A stretch of 64,000 bases of DNA from Dipteris shenzhenensis (lineage: Eukaryota): NCBI GenBank assembly GCA_047967505.1, contig CM106538.1; one strand, written 5' to 3'. The notes under the pieces were generated by a model. It searched no databases. It was not told the origin of the DNA and was given only the letters and a program-made list of their open reading frames with translations. Positions 38,952 through 52,855 of the stretch are shown here, in pieces; the first letter of the stretch is position 1, and each line of letters starts with the position of its first letter. A program made the position numbers and the translations under genes.

Positions 38952-41900
38952 TCAAATAAGAGCATTTACATCAACTGTTTCATCTTGAGCCAAGTCTAAG
39001 GCGCCAAGCAAGTCTATCTCCAACTCTATACCGAGTTGATCTCCTATATCATCATCGTACTCTAGCATCGTACATTCACCTAAAAGTATTTGATCATCTT
39101 CTTCAATAAAGCTTAAGTGTGGTGATTGATCTTGATGATTGTTGTCTTCTTTGTCAATATCGTGATCTCCATCCTCCTCCCGTGCAATGTCATTATGCGC
39201 ATCTTCCTCTTGGCTCATATGGTGATCTACATCTTCTTCGCTAGATTCATCAATTGGATCCGGCATTGGTAGTGGCATCTCCATATCCACATCTCGATCT
39301 TCAAAAATTTGCTTACTTCGTGGTGCAACTTGGATCATGTACCACCATCTTGGATCAAAACGATCCGGATGAAAAACCACCTATATTGAAGATGGGTGCC
39401 AAATGTCGTCAATTATATATATGAAATTATGCTCAAGTACATGTATCAATGGACTTTAAAAACGAAAGCTTCGACTAATTAAATCATTAGTATGCACCTG
39501 CTCATAGTGCTCGGGAAGAACAAAAGTATCACTTTCATCGGTCCAATGTTTGGTGGAGTCTATTGCAAAGAGACCGCTACTATCTTTTCTCACTGTTGCA
39601 TGGGGACCCTTGTAAGTAGTTCTAAACCATTTTACATCAAGAATGAAAATAATAAATCGTCTGAAATCAATTTCATAGATGTCGCGTATGTTCCACAATA
39701 ATCCAACTGTGAGGAGAGAAGATTGGTATCTGAAGCACTTGCTCGGCTATCTTGTGTGAAGTTAGCCATGACTCCACAATCATACGTGACTCTCTTTGAA
39801 TCGATGCGTTCCACGAGAAAATGTCGTCCATATGACCATAATGCACTGTACTTTTTGTACTGTAAAAGAGCATCATTAAAACAATGAAGATACATCTATT
39901 TTATAGCATATATTGCCACAAATAATTACTTAATTACGTCAAGAGGTAAGAAACTTACATGCACCATACATCCAGATGATAACTCTCGCTCGCACTTGTT
40001 TATTGTCTCTCCATCATGTTCGGCTTTACGTAGAGCTAGTTGTAGCCAATCAAGTGACATGTGAGTAGGGAGAAGAGCCAGATCTTGTGGATATGGTTGT
40101 GATCGCCTGTACATTACTCTGAATCTCGTCCTTGCATTTATTCTTTCTGCTTTGGCCACTTCATATCTCTCAATCCACTTCTGCATCTCAGGGCTATTGA
40201 GGATACAAAACTTATTGAATTTCTCCATTTGCTCTTCGCTCATCTTTCTTTCAATCCCTTTTCCTTGGGGAATCTCGCCAACAATGCGATCATCATCCTT
40301 GTTGTGCCAAGCTTGCGGCATATCAGGATCCGTGGATGCAAGAAACTCTGTGATATATACTAATGACTCTTGCACAAGCCATCCCTCTGCCATGCTTGCT
40401 TTCGGTCTTGCTCTTTGTCTTACAAACCCCTTTAAAGTTTTCATAAACCGCTCGAGAAAAAACATCCATCGACTATGAACGGTACCTACTATAGCCACCT
40501 CATCAACTATGTGCACAAGCAAGTGGACTTGAGTTGTCATAATGCTCGAGGGAAAGTGCTTCTCAAGCAAGCATACGGCTTCGATGGATTCCACCCTAGC
40601 CTTCTCGATGCTTGATATAGAGATCTCTTTTTGAGATATCCACCTATTTCACATGTCCATGCATATGTAAGATATTTGAGATATCCACCTATTTCACATG
40701 TCCATGAAGAAAATACATAATGCGATTTGATAGTAAGCATACCTCACAATACCACAGATCTTGAATATAGCATTTCTAACATCTTCTTGTAAGCACTCTT
40801 TTATTGTAATTGGGAGGATGAACTATCAAAGCAACAATGAAGTCATGTCAACAATATAACATAATAATAATTGCGCTAACGCATCACGATTATCGGTACA
40901 CTAATTCTACTTAGAATACCTGTAAGACCTTGTGCTAATCATGGGACTTGAGGCCACTAAGCTTATTGTCCTTTGAAAATTCTCCTTTCAAGCAATGCAT
41001 GTACCCTGTTGGTGTTTGAAAAGAGGCAATGTCTGCCTTGACCGCTGCCTCCTCCCTCGTAAAGAGGATCCATGTTGCTTTTGGGAGGACAACTTTTCCC
41101 GAAGCATGCACTTGGGGCCACAAATGAGACATCCTATTCATAGCATGCAAGTCTTCTCGCACTCCTCTCGAGTCCTTGGAACCAACCAAGTGTGCCCAAA
41201 TAGTAGCCCCCACATTCTTGAAGATATGCATGGGATCCAAGAGATGATTGATTTGTAACTGACCCCAATAAGGAAGCTCGTGAAAGATCGATAGCCTCTT
41301 CATACCAGGAGGAGGTTCCTCTCCATTCGCCCTCCAAGCTTGAATCCAATCACTTGCCTTCAAATATGATGGTGGTGGATCAAGCTGACCTCCATGTGCG
41401 AGATGGTCGAGCGGAAGGTATCGAGCATGACCTTCATAAACATTTTTTCTCATATGTTTGGAGTAGCGTGCAAGCAATTTCAGAGCCGGTCCACAAACAG
41501 GACAAGCATGGTACCCACTTGTAACAAGTCCTGCACGCGTGCATGAATGTGTTAGTACAAGAAAGCATGCAAAAGAGAGTAAAAAAAGCATAATCCCTCA
41601 TTGTACATGTAAAGACACAACCACGTACCTGCGCACTCTCCATATCCTGGGTAGTCATGCATGGTCCACATCAAGATACCCCTGACCAAAATATCATTGG
41701 TATGTCTAGGAGCTCTGGAAATATCAAAGACCTGCACTCCTCTCCATAATATCTGTAACTCCTCTATCAAAGGTGCCATGTACACGTCCATGTTTTTTGC
41801 CTTGTACTTTCCTAGCACAAGTAGTGCAAGCATGAGGTGTCCCTTTTTTATTGTTAGCCATGGTGGGATATTGTAATTCACCACAACTATGGGCCATGTC

Positions 41901-43011
41901 GACCAAGATGTCGAGCGTAACCCGAAAGGATTCACGCCGTCCATGGCTAGCCCAAGATGTAAGTTGCGTGGCTCCCTCGCAAAGTCCGGCCATTGATTAT
42001 CTATGTGCTTCCAAGCTGCACAATCTGCGGGAATCCTCAATGTGTGATCAGTGGACCGATGAGATGCATGCCATGTCATCAACTCTGCTATGGATTTGCA
42101 TCAAAACATGTGTTGTATTCTTGCAATGATGGGAAAGTGTCTTAAGACCTTTACCGATACTTCAAGTCATCTCTATATCGTTGTTCCCCACACTTTGGAT
42201 AACTAGCCAAATCTCCATGCTCACGATGAAAGAGAATACAATCATTACGGCAAGCATGGATGGTATCATAATCCATACCCACCGTTGTTAGCATCTTTTT
42301 CGCTTCATCTCTTGATGCGGGCATGGTATTTGGTGCAGGCAACATCTTCTGGAGCAACCTATGACAAAGACACTGTCCAAATGATGATTCTCAAAACAAA
42401 CAATATCCAAATAATGAGTCAAATTAATGCAAGGGCTAACCTTATTAAGGCCGAGACACTTGTATCCGACCACCCATACTGTACTTGTAGATTCAAGATT
42501 GAGAGACAAGCATGTAGTTTAGACATCCTAGCACCCTCGTACAATTGTGTTGATTGCAACTCTCGCATTTTGACCTCAGACTCTGACATCACGTGTACGT
42601 GGGATGTAGTGCTCCTAAAAATGGAATCCATCATGTCGACCATACCCTCATCGTCATCCGGGAGACTATAGTCTTGCTGAAAGTGAGAAGGTATATGTGT
42701 ACCCTCGTCACCCTCCTCATCCTGTTTTAAGATTTCGTGTAAATAGAAGATCTTCTATTTCCTGGTATACAATAAGATTGCGAACTTAAATAGCTTTGAC
42801 TTACCGATGATCCATCAACATGTGCAACACCAACAGGGGGTACTGGTTCCGGCTCCTCCCCATACATCCGCAAGTGGTGCATGATAATACGATGTTGATG
42901 TCGTACTTCTCGCTTGCAATGAGTGCAATGATAGTATAACCTCTCCATAAGCCACTTCGTGCTCCCGGGCGTTGGCGCATCATTGAACGAGCTTCCACTC
43001 GTCCCTTCCAT
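38952..43011 (-). pseudogene. CACTA TnpD-type transposase (Transposase_21, DUF4218, DUF4216-like), multi-exon, disrupted
   Basis: IHACRNDCILF, LAMDGVNPF, WTMHDYPGYG, LDPMHIFKN, LSGLKSHD*, HLLVHIVDE..GTVHSRWMFFLERFMKTLK, FVLPEH. GT-AG introns, stops and frameshifts. Confidence 0.93.
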
Positions 43012-43894
43012 CTACACTTATAAAATCACAACATAAGCATGAAGAGGAGATATTAACAGTTATAAAATAGCATGTTTGAGCTTCTTTTGATGCCACATCA
43101 AAAAAGTGACTGTAAGCGTCGCTATATAGCGACGTTTTCCTCTGTTCTGTCACTATATAGCGACGTTTTTAATTAAAAACGTCGCTATATAGCGATGAAT
43201 AAGCGTCGCTATATAGCGACGCCGCTGTGGGTTAAAACCCAAAACACTAAACGCACGGCGTTTTGTTCATACTATTCCCTAATCTCTCAAGTAAGCAACC
43301 CAATATCTCCTCCCACCTATTTTTGACGACCTCCCACCTATTTCAAGCAACCTCCCACTCTATTTTCCACTCCTCACCCTTTCCTACCTCTTGTACTCCC
43401 TCTCTATCCTTTTCCCTCTTTGGTTTCTTGAAAGGAAGTTCTTCAAGAGGTGAGTTTGTTTCAACAATGTAGGTTGTTTGTTTGTTAGCTTTAGTTTTGT
43501 GAGTGTTTCTTCTTGTATTGCTAAACCTGTAAACTAGTTTTCATGCTTGTTTTGAAAGGATTGAAACAAAAAACGAGATTTCAAGAAAGAAAGAAAACTC
43601 ACCTCTTTTTTTTGTATTTCTCTTCCTTCTCTTTCTCCTTGTCTCCTCAATCTCCTCCTTTCCTTGTCTCCTCAATCTCCTCCCTTCAAGAAGTTGCTTT
43701 TGTAATCTCCTCCTTCCAGTAACATCTTATTTGAAAAAATGGGTTGTTTTCTCTCTTTTGTAGGGCCAGTCCACTACACCGAGCGGGACATACTATTTTA
43801 GGTAAGTGCTTCCTCTTTTTTCCATTTATTATTTTTGTTATTTGCATTGGCCTACAGCTAGCGCCTTAAGCGCTAGCTGCAGTGATGGGTGCCT

Positions 43895-46580
43895 CATGCT
43901 TATGCTTCTCTCATTCTCTATTTCCGCATGAGCTGAGCTTATGCGGACCTCTTTCCCCCTTCTCTATTTCCCCCTTCTCTCATTCGCATAAGCTCATGCT
44001 CATGCATGAGCATAAGCATGAGCTTATGCTTAAGTTTCCCCCTTCTTTATTTCTCTATTTCCGCATAAGCTTATGCTTATGCATGAGCTTATGTGGAAAT
44101 AGAGAATGAGAGAAGCTCATTCTCTATTTCCGCATAAGCTCATTCTCTATTTCCACATAAGCTCATGCTCTATTTCCACATAAGCTCATGCTTATGCATG
44201 AGCTTATGCGGAAATAGAGAATGAGAGAAGCATAAGCCATTCTCTATTTCCGCATAAGCTCATTCTCTATTTCCGCATAAGCTCATGCTTATGCTTCTCT
44301 CATTCCCCCTCATCTCTTTCCCCCTTCTCTATTTCCCCCTTCTCTCATTCGCATAAGCTCATGCTCATGCATGAGCTTATGCTCATGCATGAGCATGAGC
44401 TTATGCTTAAGTTTCCCCCTTCTTTATTTCTCTATTTCCACATAAGCTTATGCTTATGCATGAGCTTATGCGAAAATAGAGAATGAGAGAAGCTTATGCT
44501 TCTCTCATTCTCTATTTCCGCATAAGCTCATGCTTATGCATGAGCTTATGCGGAAATAGAGAATGAGAGAAGCATAAGCTCATGCGGAAATAGAGAATGA
44601 GAGAAGCTTATGCTTCTCTCATTCTCTATTTCTGCATAAGCTCATTCTCTATTTCCGCATAAGCTCATGCTTATGCATGAGCTTATGCGGAAATAGAGAA
44701 TGAGAGAAGCATAAGCATGAGCTTATGCTTCTCTCATTCTCTATTTCTGCATAAGCTCATTCTCTATTTCCACATAAGCTCATGCTTATGCTTCTCTCAT
44801 TCCCCCTCATCTCTTTCCCCCTTCTCTATTTCCCCCTTCTCTCATTCGCATAAGCTCATGCTCATGCATGAGCATGAGCTTATGCTTAAGTTTCCCCCTT
44901 CTCTATTTCTATATTTCCGCATAAGCTTATGCTTATGCATGAGCTTATGTGGAAATAGAGAATGAGAGAAGCATAAGCTCATGCTTATGCTTCTCTCATT
45001 CCTTAGGGGGGTCACTCATCATATGTAACCCTATCACGTGAGTTCAACAGAAGGACATTTTTAATATCTAAATTTTACAAAAGTTAATTTACATAAGGGA
45101 GTATTTAAAACAATTTTGGGAAAATTTACAGATTTGTAGAGAAAAAGGGTACATTTTATTAATGAAAAATTTACAAATAAGGGATTTTAGAAATAGGTCT
45201 TGAACGCACGTGATATAGAGGGTTTGTACATAGTGACCCCCTTGAGTCTCATTCTCTATTTCCACATAAGCTCATTCTCTATTTCCGCATAAGCTCATGC
45301 TTATGCATGAGCTTATGCGGAAATAGAGAATGAGAGAAGCATAAGCTCATGCTTATGCTTCTCTCATTCTCTATTTCCGCATAAGCTCATTCTCTATTTC
45401 TACATAAGCTCATGCTTATGCATGAGCTTATGCGGAAATAGAGAATGAGAGAAGCATAAGCTCATTCTTCTCTCCTTCTCTCCTTCCACATAAGCATATG
45501 CTTCTCTCCTTCTCTATTTCCACATAAGCTCATTCTCTATTTCCGCATAAGCTTATGCTTATGCTTCTCTCATTTCCCCTCATCTCTTTCCCCCTTCTCT
45601 ATTTCCCCTTTCTCTCATTTCCCCCTTCTCTATTTCCCCCTTCTCTCCTTCTCTATATTTGCATAAACTCATTCTCTATTTCTGCATAAGCTTATGCTTA
45701 TGCTTCTCTCATTCCCCCTCATCTCTTTCCCCCTTCTCTATTTTCCCCTTCTCTCATTTGCATAAGCTCATGCTCATGCATGAGCATAAGCATGAGCTTA
45801 TGCTTATGCTTATGCTTAAGCATAAGCATAAGCTGATTCTCATGCTTATGCTCATGCATGAGCATGAGCTTATGCTTAAGTTTCCCCCTTCTTTATTTCT
45901 CTATTTCCGCATAAGCTTATGCTTATGCATGAGCTTATGCGGAAATAGAGAATGAGAGAAGCATAAGCTCATGCTTATGCTTCTCTCATTCTCTATTTCC
46001 GCATAAGCTCATTCTCTATTTCTGCATAAGCTCATGCTTATGCTTCTCTCATTCCCCTTCTCTATTTCTGCATAAGCTCATGCTTATGATTCTCTCTTTC
46101 CCCCTTCTCTATTTCCCCCTTCTCTCATTCTCTATTTCCGCATAAGCTTAATAAGGGAAATAGAGAAGGGGGAAAGAGATGAGAGGGATTGAGAGAAGCA
46201 TAAGCATAAGCTTATGCGGAAATAGAGAATGAGCTTATGCAGAAATAGAGAATGAGAGAAGCATAAGCTCATTCTCTATTTCCGCATAAGCATAAGCTTA
46301 TGCGGAAATAGAGAATGAGCTTATGCAGAAATAGAGAATGAGAGAAGCATAAGCATGAAAATAGAGAATGAGCTTATGCAGAAATAGAGAATGAGAGAAG
46401 CATAAGCTCATGCTTATGCTTCTCTCATTCTCTATTTCTGCATAAGCTCATTCTCTATTTCCGCATAAGCTAGCTTATGCTTCTCTCATTCTCTATTTCT
46501 GCATAAGCTCATTCTCTATTTCTGCATAAGCTTATGCTTATGCTTCTCTCAATCCCTCTCATCTCTTTCCCCCTTCTCTA
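43895..46580. repeat. Palindromic minisatellite (gcataagctcatgc / ttctctatttcc / ggaaatagagaa) inside CACTA ORF2 intron
   Basis: Motifs occur in both orientations; perfect 43-bp stem 44491-44533/44538-44580. Confidence 0.92.
45002..45246 (-). mobile_element. MITE copy 2 (245 bp), opposite orientation to copy 1
   Basis: TIR cttaggggggtcact / agtgacccccttgag; 8-bp TSD TCTCATTC at 44994-45001 and 45247-45254; the interior is the reverse complement of 37349-37595. Confidence 0.92.
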
Positions 46581-46763
46581 TTTCCCTTATTCTCTCTAAC
46601 TCTTATTCTTTGTTTCCCTCTTCTTCCTCTTCTCTTTCCTTTCCCTCTTCTTTCCCTCTTTCCTTTCCCTCTTCTTTCCTTTCCCTCTTCTTTCTTCTTG
46701 CCTATGCCTATGCTTATGTTTGTTTTTTTGTTTTTTGTTTTCGTGTTTGTGTCTATGTTAGAC

Positions 46764-48247
46764 ATGGGATCACGTCACTCATCTGACGAGTACAGACAGC
46801 ATTGCAGGAGGAGAGCTCACGATCTATATGCTCTACAGGACTTTGATTCCTCTCAGACGACTACCCCGAGGACTATACCCCTGGTCCGACTCCTCTCGGA
46901 CCTAGCACTACGACTACTCCTGGTCCGACTCCTCTTCCACGTAGCACTGCGACTACCCCTCGGGGAACTCCTTTGCTAGCCACGCATGGCTTTGTCAGGA
47001 GTCCCGATGAGTTTGTAGTGTAGATGAGCGATGAGGAGGCAGTGAGATTCTTCTCTCTGCTCTCTTAGAGGACCTCAACAATTCCCTCCCCTACACTGAC
47101 GGGTGGACGTACTGCCCAGCCATCCCCTCGCACCCCTTTGACCGCGGGATCATCACCTGCGCATGCCTCTCGCAAGGGAAGGAAGAGTAGGACAGGTGGC
47201 TCATGTTGTGCTGACTCAGGGGATGTAGACGAGTCAGCACACTCATGCTCCTTTAGGTCTCCACTTGGTCTGGAGACACAGTATCAGTCAGGTCCCTTTC
47301 CCTCTCCTACTCCCACTGCTACTCCTCGCTCCGAAAGCACTCGCGTAGCTTCCACTCCTTCAGACTCTGCTACCGTCAGTCCTCCTTACTCATTAGGGGA
47401 TCTCTCCTATCAAATCACATCTGCTGGAGAGATAATAGAAGATAAAAAGGGCAAAGCAGTGATGGCCGCCATGAGGAGGTTGATGAGTCATCACTTCAAG
47501 AGCGTCATAAATACCGATTGGTGGTATCAAGATGCCCAAAAGAAGCAGGCGGTGATCGATGAGTTAAAATAAAGATACCCTAATCCGCCAAATGTGGAGT
47601 TTAATGACGATTATATGTGAGAGTGCATGGGTTTGGTCCTGAAGCATCGTAGATCAACCTTGCGTACTTCCATCACAAAGGGGTTGGCTAAACCCAGCTG
47701 GGCAGACAAAGCTGATTGGAAGTACTTCAAGAAGCAACGTAGGGACCATCTCGAAATGTTTGAGGGTCAGAGGAGGGCTGCGAAGAGATGGCTGGACGTC
47801 GTAGGTACTCCACACTTTGGTGCAGGCGGATGGTATGCGTTCGAGGCAACCGTGGTAAGTCTACTTCTTTTCATTTAATGTATTGTTCTATTTGTTTTAC
47901 TACATATTACATGCACTTTAGCTAACACATGCATTTCGGATAGGAACAAAGCCATGGTTCATTGAGCAAGAGGCAATGGGAGCGACGGTCGATTGGGTTG
48001 AGGTGGCTGCTCGCATGGTATAAGTTTACTCCTACTTGTAATCTCACTTTTCAATTTAAGTTCCAATCTAATTTTCGATTTATATGGTTCACTCTTAGGG
48101 TCAAAGCTCAAGCGTCCCATCATCGGAGGCGAGCGATTAACAGGGCCAAGGATCAGATGCAAGTGCGAGGATGAGGGAGAAGACGCAGGTGTCGAGGACC
48201 AAGGAACAGGCCAACAAGACAAGGATGATTCAGATTCGGATGAGTAG
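46764..48247 (+). pseudogene. CACTA ORF2 (TnpA/Ptta-like), multi-exon, disrupted
   Basis: Ser/Pro-rich N-terminus, then WWYQDAQKKQAVIDELK*...LKHRRSTLR...KPSWADKADW...HFGAGGW; splice signals at ~47855, 47943, 48018 and 48098; acidic tail. Confidence 0.65.
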
Positions 48248-48744
48248 TAGTGGTAGTGGCATTTTGTATATCTACTCGTTTGAGCAATTTTGTATCGCCC
48301 TTTTGAAAGGGTAATTTTGTTACAAACAATGTTGTATATGTCCGACATGTATATGCTTTTGTTGCTCATCATTTCACAAGAACGATTTCGTATCACCCTT
48401 TTCGCAAGGGAAATTTTGTTATAAAAAACTTTTTTTGTAATTACAAAAAAAAAAAAGGATTAGTGGGGCTAAACAGGGCCAAAAGGAAGCCCTGTTTAGC
48501 CCCACTAACCCTTTTTTTTTACTTCTGTTAATCGTCGCTATATAGTGACGTTTACCAGTGTCACTATATAGCGATGATTAACAGTGTCGCTATATAGCGA
48601 CGGTTGCCAGTGTCGCTATATAGCGACGGTCCTTTTCTGATGCTTTTAGCGACACTTATAGCGACGTTTGCACCCGTGAAAAAAAAAAATTTAATGTAAA
48701 AAGCGTCGGTATTTTCGTCGGAAAATGGCCTATGCCTTGTAGTG

Positions 48745-48900
48745 AGGAGAATGACACCAGTGCCATTCTCCATTCTCCATGTGATGAATGGCATTGGATT
48801 GAGGAGAATGACACACGTGGATTGAGGAGAATGGCACCATTGCCAATCTCCATTCTCCATTTGATGAATGGCATTGGTGCCATTCTCCAAATATTCAAAT

Positions 48901-48949
<49 letters not shown>

Positions 48950-49482
48950 GGTCAAAACCTTATCCATATGATGATAACCAATGAACTGTTTTATGGCCAA
49001 ATCTTTTTCTTATGGTGGAAATCAATTGCATGAATGGCATTGGTGCCATTCTTCAAATATTCATATGATGTTGTAGAGAATGACGCCAGTTCCATTCTCC
49101 AAACTTCAACTCATATAGAATTCAAATGATTTCCTGTATGTCAATGTTGTCACACATGATGGTTAGAGAATGGCACTGGTGCCATTTTCCACAGCACCAT
49201 ATGATTATATTGCAACTGGCACCTATGCCATTAATCACAAGGATTGAGGAGAATAGCACCAGTGCTATTCTCCATTCTCCATTTGATGAATGGCATTGTA
49301 TTGAGGAGAATAGCACACATGGATTTAGGAGAATGACACTAGTGCCATTCTCCCTTCTCCATGTGATGAATGGCATTGGATTGAGGAGAATGACATACAT
49401 GAATTGAGGAGAATGGTACCAATGCCATTCTCCATTTTGCATTTGATGATTGGCATTGGTGCCATTCTCTAAATATTCATAT

Positions 49483-49527
<45 letters not shown>

Positions 49528-51458
49528 GGTCAAAACCTTTTCCATATAGTGATAACCTATGAAGAGTTTTATGGCCAAATCTTTTTCTTATGGTGGAAAT
49601 CGATTGCATGAGGCCAAAGGATTAAGCCATGGTGGCAAATGCTCAAACATTTAATGCCATATGATCCAAATATTATGGTCCTAAGGTTTGAAAAGGTCTA
49701 AAAATCTTAGGTCATAATGTCCAAAAATTAGGCTAGATGGTCAATATTTTAACCATATAGTGATTAATCTCATGGATTGACACAATGGTTCAGGTCTGAT
49801 TCCCTAGATGTCAATGTTGTCAAAAATGATGGTTAGAGAATGGCACTGGTGCCATAGTCCACCACACCATATGATTATAATATTGAGACTGACACATGTG
49901 CCATTAGTCACAAGGATTGAGTAGAATGGCACCAGTGCCATTCTCCATTCTCTATGTATGAATGGCACTAGTGCCATTCTTCAAATATGCATATGATGTT
50001 GTGGAGAATGGCACCAGTGCCATTCTCCAAACTTCAACTCATATAGAATTCAAATTATTTCATGTATGTCAAATTATCACAGATGATGGTTAGAGAGTGG
50101 CACTGGTGCCATATGATTATATTCACAGTGGCACCTATGCCATTAATCACAAGGATTGAGGAGAATGTCACAAGTCCCATTCACCATTCTCCAGTCTCCA
50201 TGTGATGAATGGTATTGCATTGAGGAGAATGGCACACATGGTTTGAGGAGAATGACACACATGGATTGAGGAGAATGACACCAGTGCCATTCTCGATTCT
50301 CCATGTGATGATTGGCATTGGATTGAGGAGAATGACACCAGTGCCATTCTCCATTCTCCATGAGATGAATGCCAGTTGGATTAAGGAAAATGACACACAT
50401 GGATTGAGGAGAATGGCACCAGTGCCATTCTCCATTCTCTATGTATGAATGGCACTAGTGCCATTCTTCAAATATGCATATGATGTTGTGGAGAATGGCA
50501 CCAGTGCCATTCTCCAAACTTCAACTCATATAGAATTCAAATTATTTCATGTATGTCAAATTATCACAGATGATGGTTAGAGAGTGGCACTGGTGCCATA
50601 TGATTATATTCACAGTGGCACCTATGCCATTAATCACAAGGATTGAGGAGAATGTCACAAGTCCCATTCACCATTCTCCAGTCTCCATGTGATGAATGGT
50701 ATTGCATTGAGGAGAATGGCACACATGGTTTGAGGAGAATGACACACATGGATTGAGGAGAATGACACCAGTGCCATTCTCGATTCTCCATGTGATGATT
50801 GGCATTGGATTGAGGAGAATGACACCAGTGCCATTCTCCATTCTCCATGAGATGAATGCCAGTTGGATTAAGGAAAATGACACACATGGATTGAGGAGAA
50901 TGGCACCAGTGCCATTCTCCATTCTCTATGTATGAATGGCACTAGTGCCATTCTTCAAATATGCATATGATGTTGTGGAGAATGGCACCAGTGCCATTCT
51001 CCAAACTTCAACTCATATAGAATTCAAATTATTTCATGTATGTCAAATTATCACAGATGATGGTTAGAGAGTGGCACTGGTGCCATATGATTATATTCAT
51101 AGTGGCACCTATGCCATTAATCACAAGGATTGAGGAGAATGTCACAAGTCCCATTCACCATTCTCCAGTCTCCATGTGATGAATGGTATTGCATTGAGGA
51201 GAATGGCACACATGGTTTGAGGAGAATGACACACATGGATTGAGGAGAATGACACCAGTGCCATTCTCGATTCTCCATGTGATGATTGGCATTGGATTGA
51301 GGAGAATGACACCAGTGCCATTCTCCATTCTCCATGAGATGAATGCCATTGGATTAAGGAAAATGACACATGTGGATTGAGGAGAATGGCACTAGTTCCA
51401 TTCTCTATTCTCCATTTGATGAATGGCATTGGTGCCATTCTCAAAATATTCATATAAT

Positions 51459-51496
<38 letters not shown>

Positions 51497-52424
51497 GGTC
51501 AAAACCTTATCCATATAGTGATAACCTATGAAGAGTTTTATGGCCAAATCTTTTGGTTATGGTGGAAATCAATTGCATGAGGCTAGAGGATTAAGCCATG
51601 GTGGCAAATGGTCAAAAATATAATGCCATATGGTCCAAATATTATGGCTCTAAGGTCTAAAAAGGTTTTAAAATCTTAGGACATAATGTCTAAACATCAG
51701 GCTAGATGGTCAAAACTTTAGCCATATATTGATTAATCTCATGGATTACACACAATGGTTCAGGTCCCATTCCCTAGATGTCAATGTTATCGCAGATGAT
51801 GGTTAGAGAATGGCACCAATGCCATTGTCCACCACACCATATGAGTAAAATATTGATATTGGCACCTATGCCATCAATCACAAGGATTGAGGAGTGTGGC
51901 ACCAGTGCCATTCTCCATTCTCTATGTATGAATGGCACTAGCGCCATTCTTCAAATATTCATATGATGTGGAGAATGGCACCAGTGCCATTCTCCAAAGT
52001 TCAACTCATATAGAATTCAAATTATTCCATGCATGTCAAATTGTCACAGATGATGGTTAGAGAATGGCACTGGTACCATTGTCCATCTCTCTCTCTCTCT
52101 CTTGGTCAAAACCTTATCCATATGGTGATAACCTACGAAGAGTTTTATGGCCAAATCTTTTACATATGGTGGAAATCATTTGCATGAGGTCAAAGGATTG
52201 AGCCATGGTGGCAAATGGTCCAAACTATAATGGCATATGGTCGAATTGTTATGGCCCTAAGGTCTAAAAAGGTCTAAAAATCTTAGGTCATAAGGTCTAA
52301 AAATCAAGCTAGATGGTCAATTGAGGAGAAATTCTCCATGTGATGAATGGCATTGGTGCCATTCTTCAAATATTCATATGATCTTGTGGAGAATGGCACC
52401 AGTGCCATTCTCCAAACTTCAACT
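48745..52424. repeat. Palindrome array block B, with a 487-bp triplication and four (CT)n-ttggtcaaaacc units
   Basis: Same core palindrome as block A. Equivalent ORFs end at 50143, 50630 and 51117, giving a period of 487. Confidence 0.92.
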
Positions 52425-52590
52425 TGCCTTGTGAAAAAAATTCAAAATTAGGCAGGAAATTTGAATTTAGAATTCAAAACTTTCTCAAATTTAAAAATTT
52501 AAGTTCAAAAAATTATAATGTTAAAATGGAACATTTCAAATTTGAATTTGAATTTGCATTTGCAATACAATTTCAATTTGAAGTTGAGAG

Positions 52591-52593
<3 letters not shown>

Positions 52594-52659
<66 letters not shown>

Positions 52660-52703
52660 GCTCTCTCTAGGTGTGAGAGAGAGCGTGAGCGACGTGAGAG
52701 TTG

Positions 52704-52762
<59 letters not shown>
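52594..52762. repeat. (CT)n and (GA)n microsatellites in inverted arrangement
   Basis: Directly visible. Confidence 0.9.
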
Positions 52763-52766
<4 letters not shown>

Positions 52767-52855
52767 TTGTAGCAAAGAGTAGCTTTAGGAGAGAAGGGAG
52801 CGTAGGAGGGAGAGGAGAGCATCGTAGGAGAGGAGAGCGTAGGAGGAGGAATTTG

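Larger units (their letters stand above)
38615..48744. mobile_element. CACTA/EnSpm DNA transposon, complete ends, 10130 bp
   Basis: CACTAC at 38615 and GTAGTG ending at 48744; 3-bp TSD AGG; subterminal GTCGCTATATAGCGAC palindromes at both ends. Removing it restores the array unit cattggattgagg|agaatgacaccagtgcc. Confidence 0.97.

Noticed and set aside
43882-45955. Repeated HKLMLMHEH ORFs
   Set aside because: Products of the intronic minisatellite.
48460-48508. 20-bp stem-loop resembling a terminator or Helitron end
   Set aside because: It lies within the CACTA subterminal region, with no CTRR end or Helitron context.
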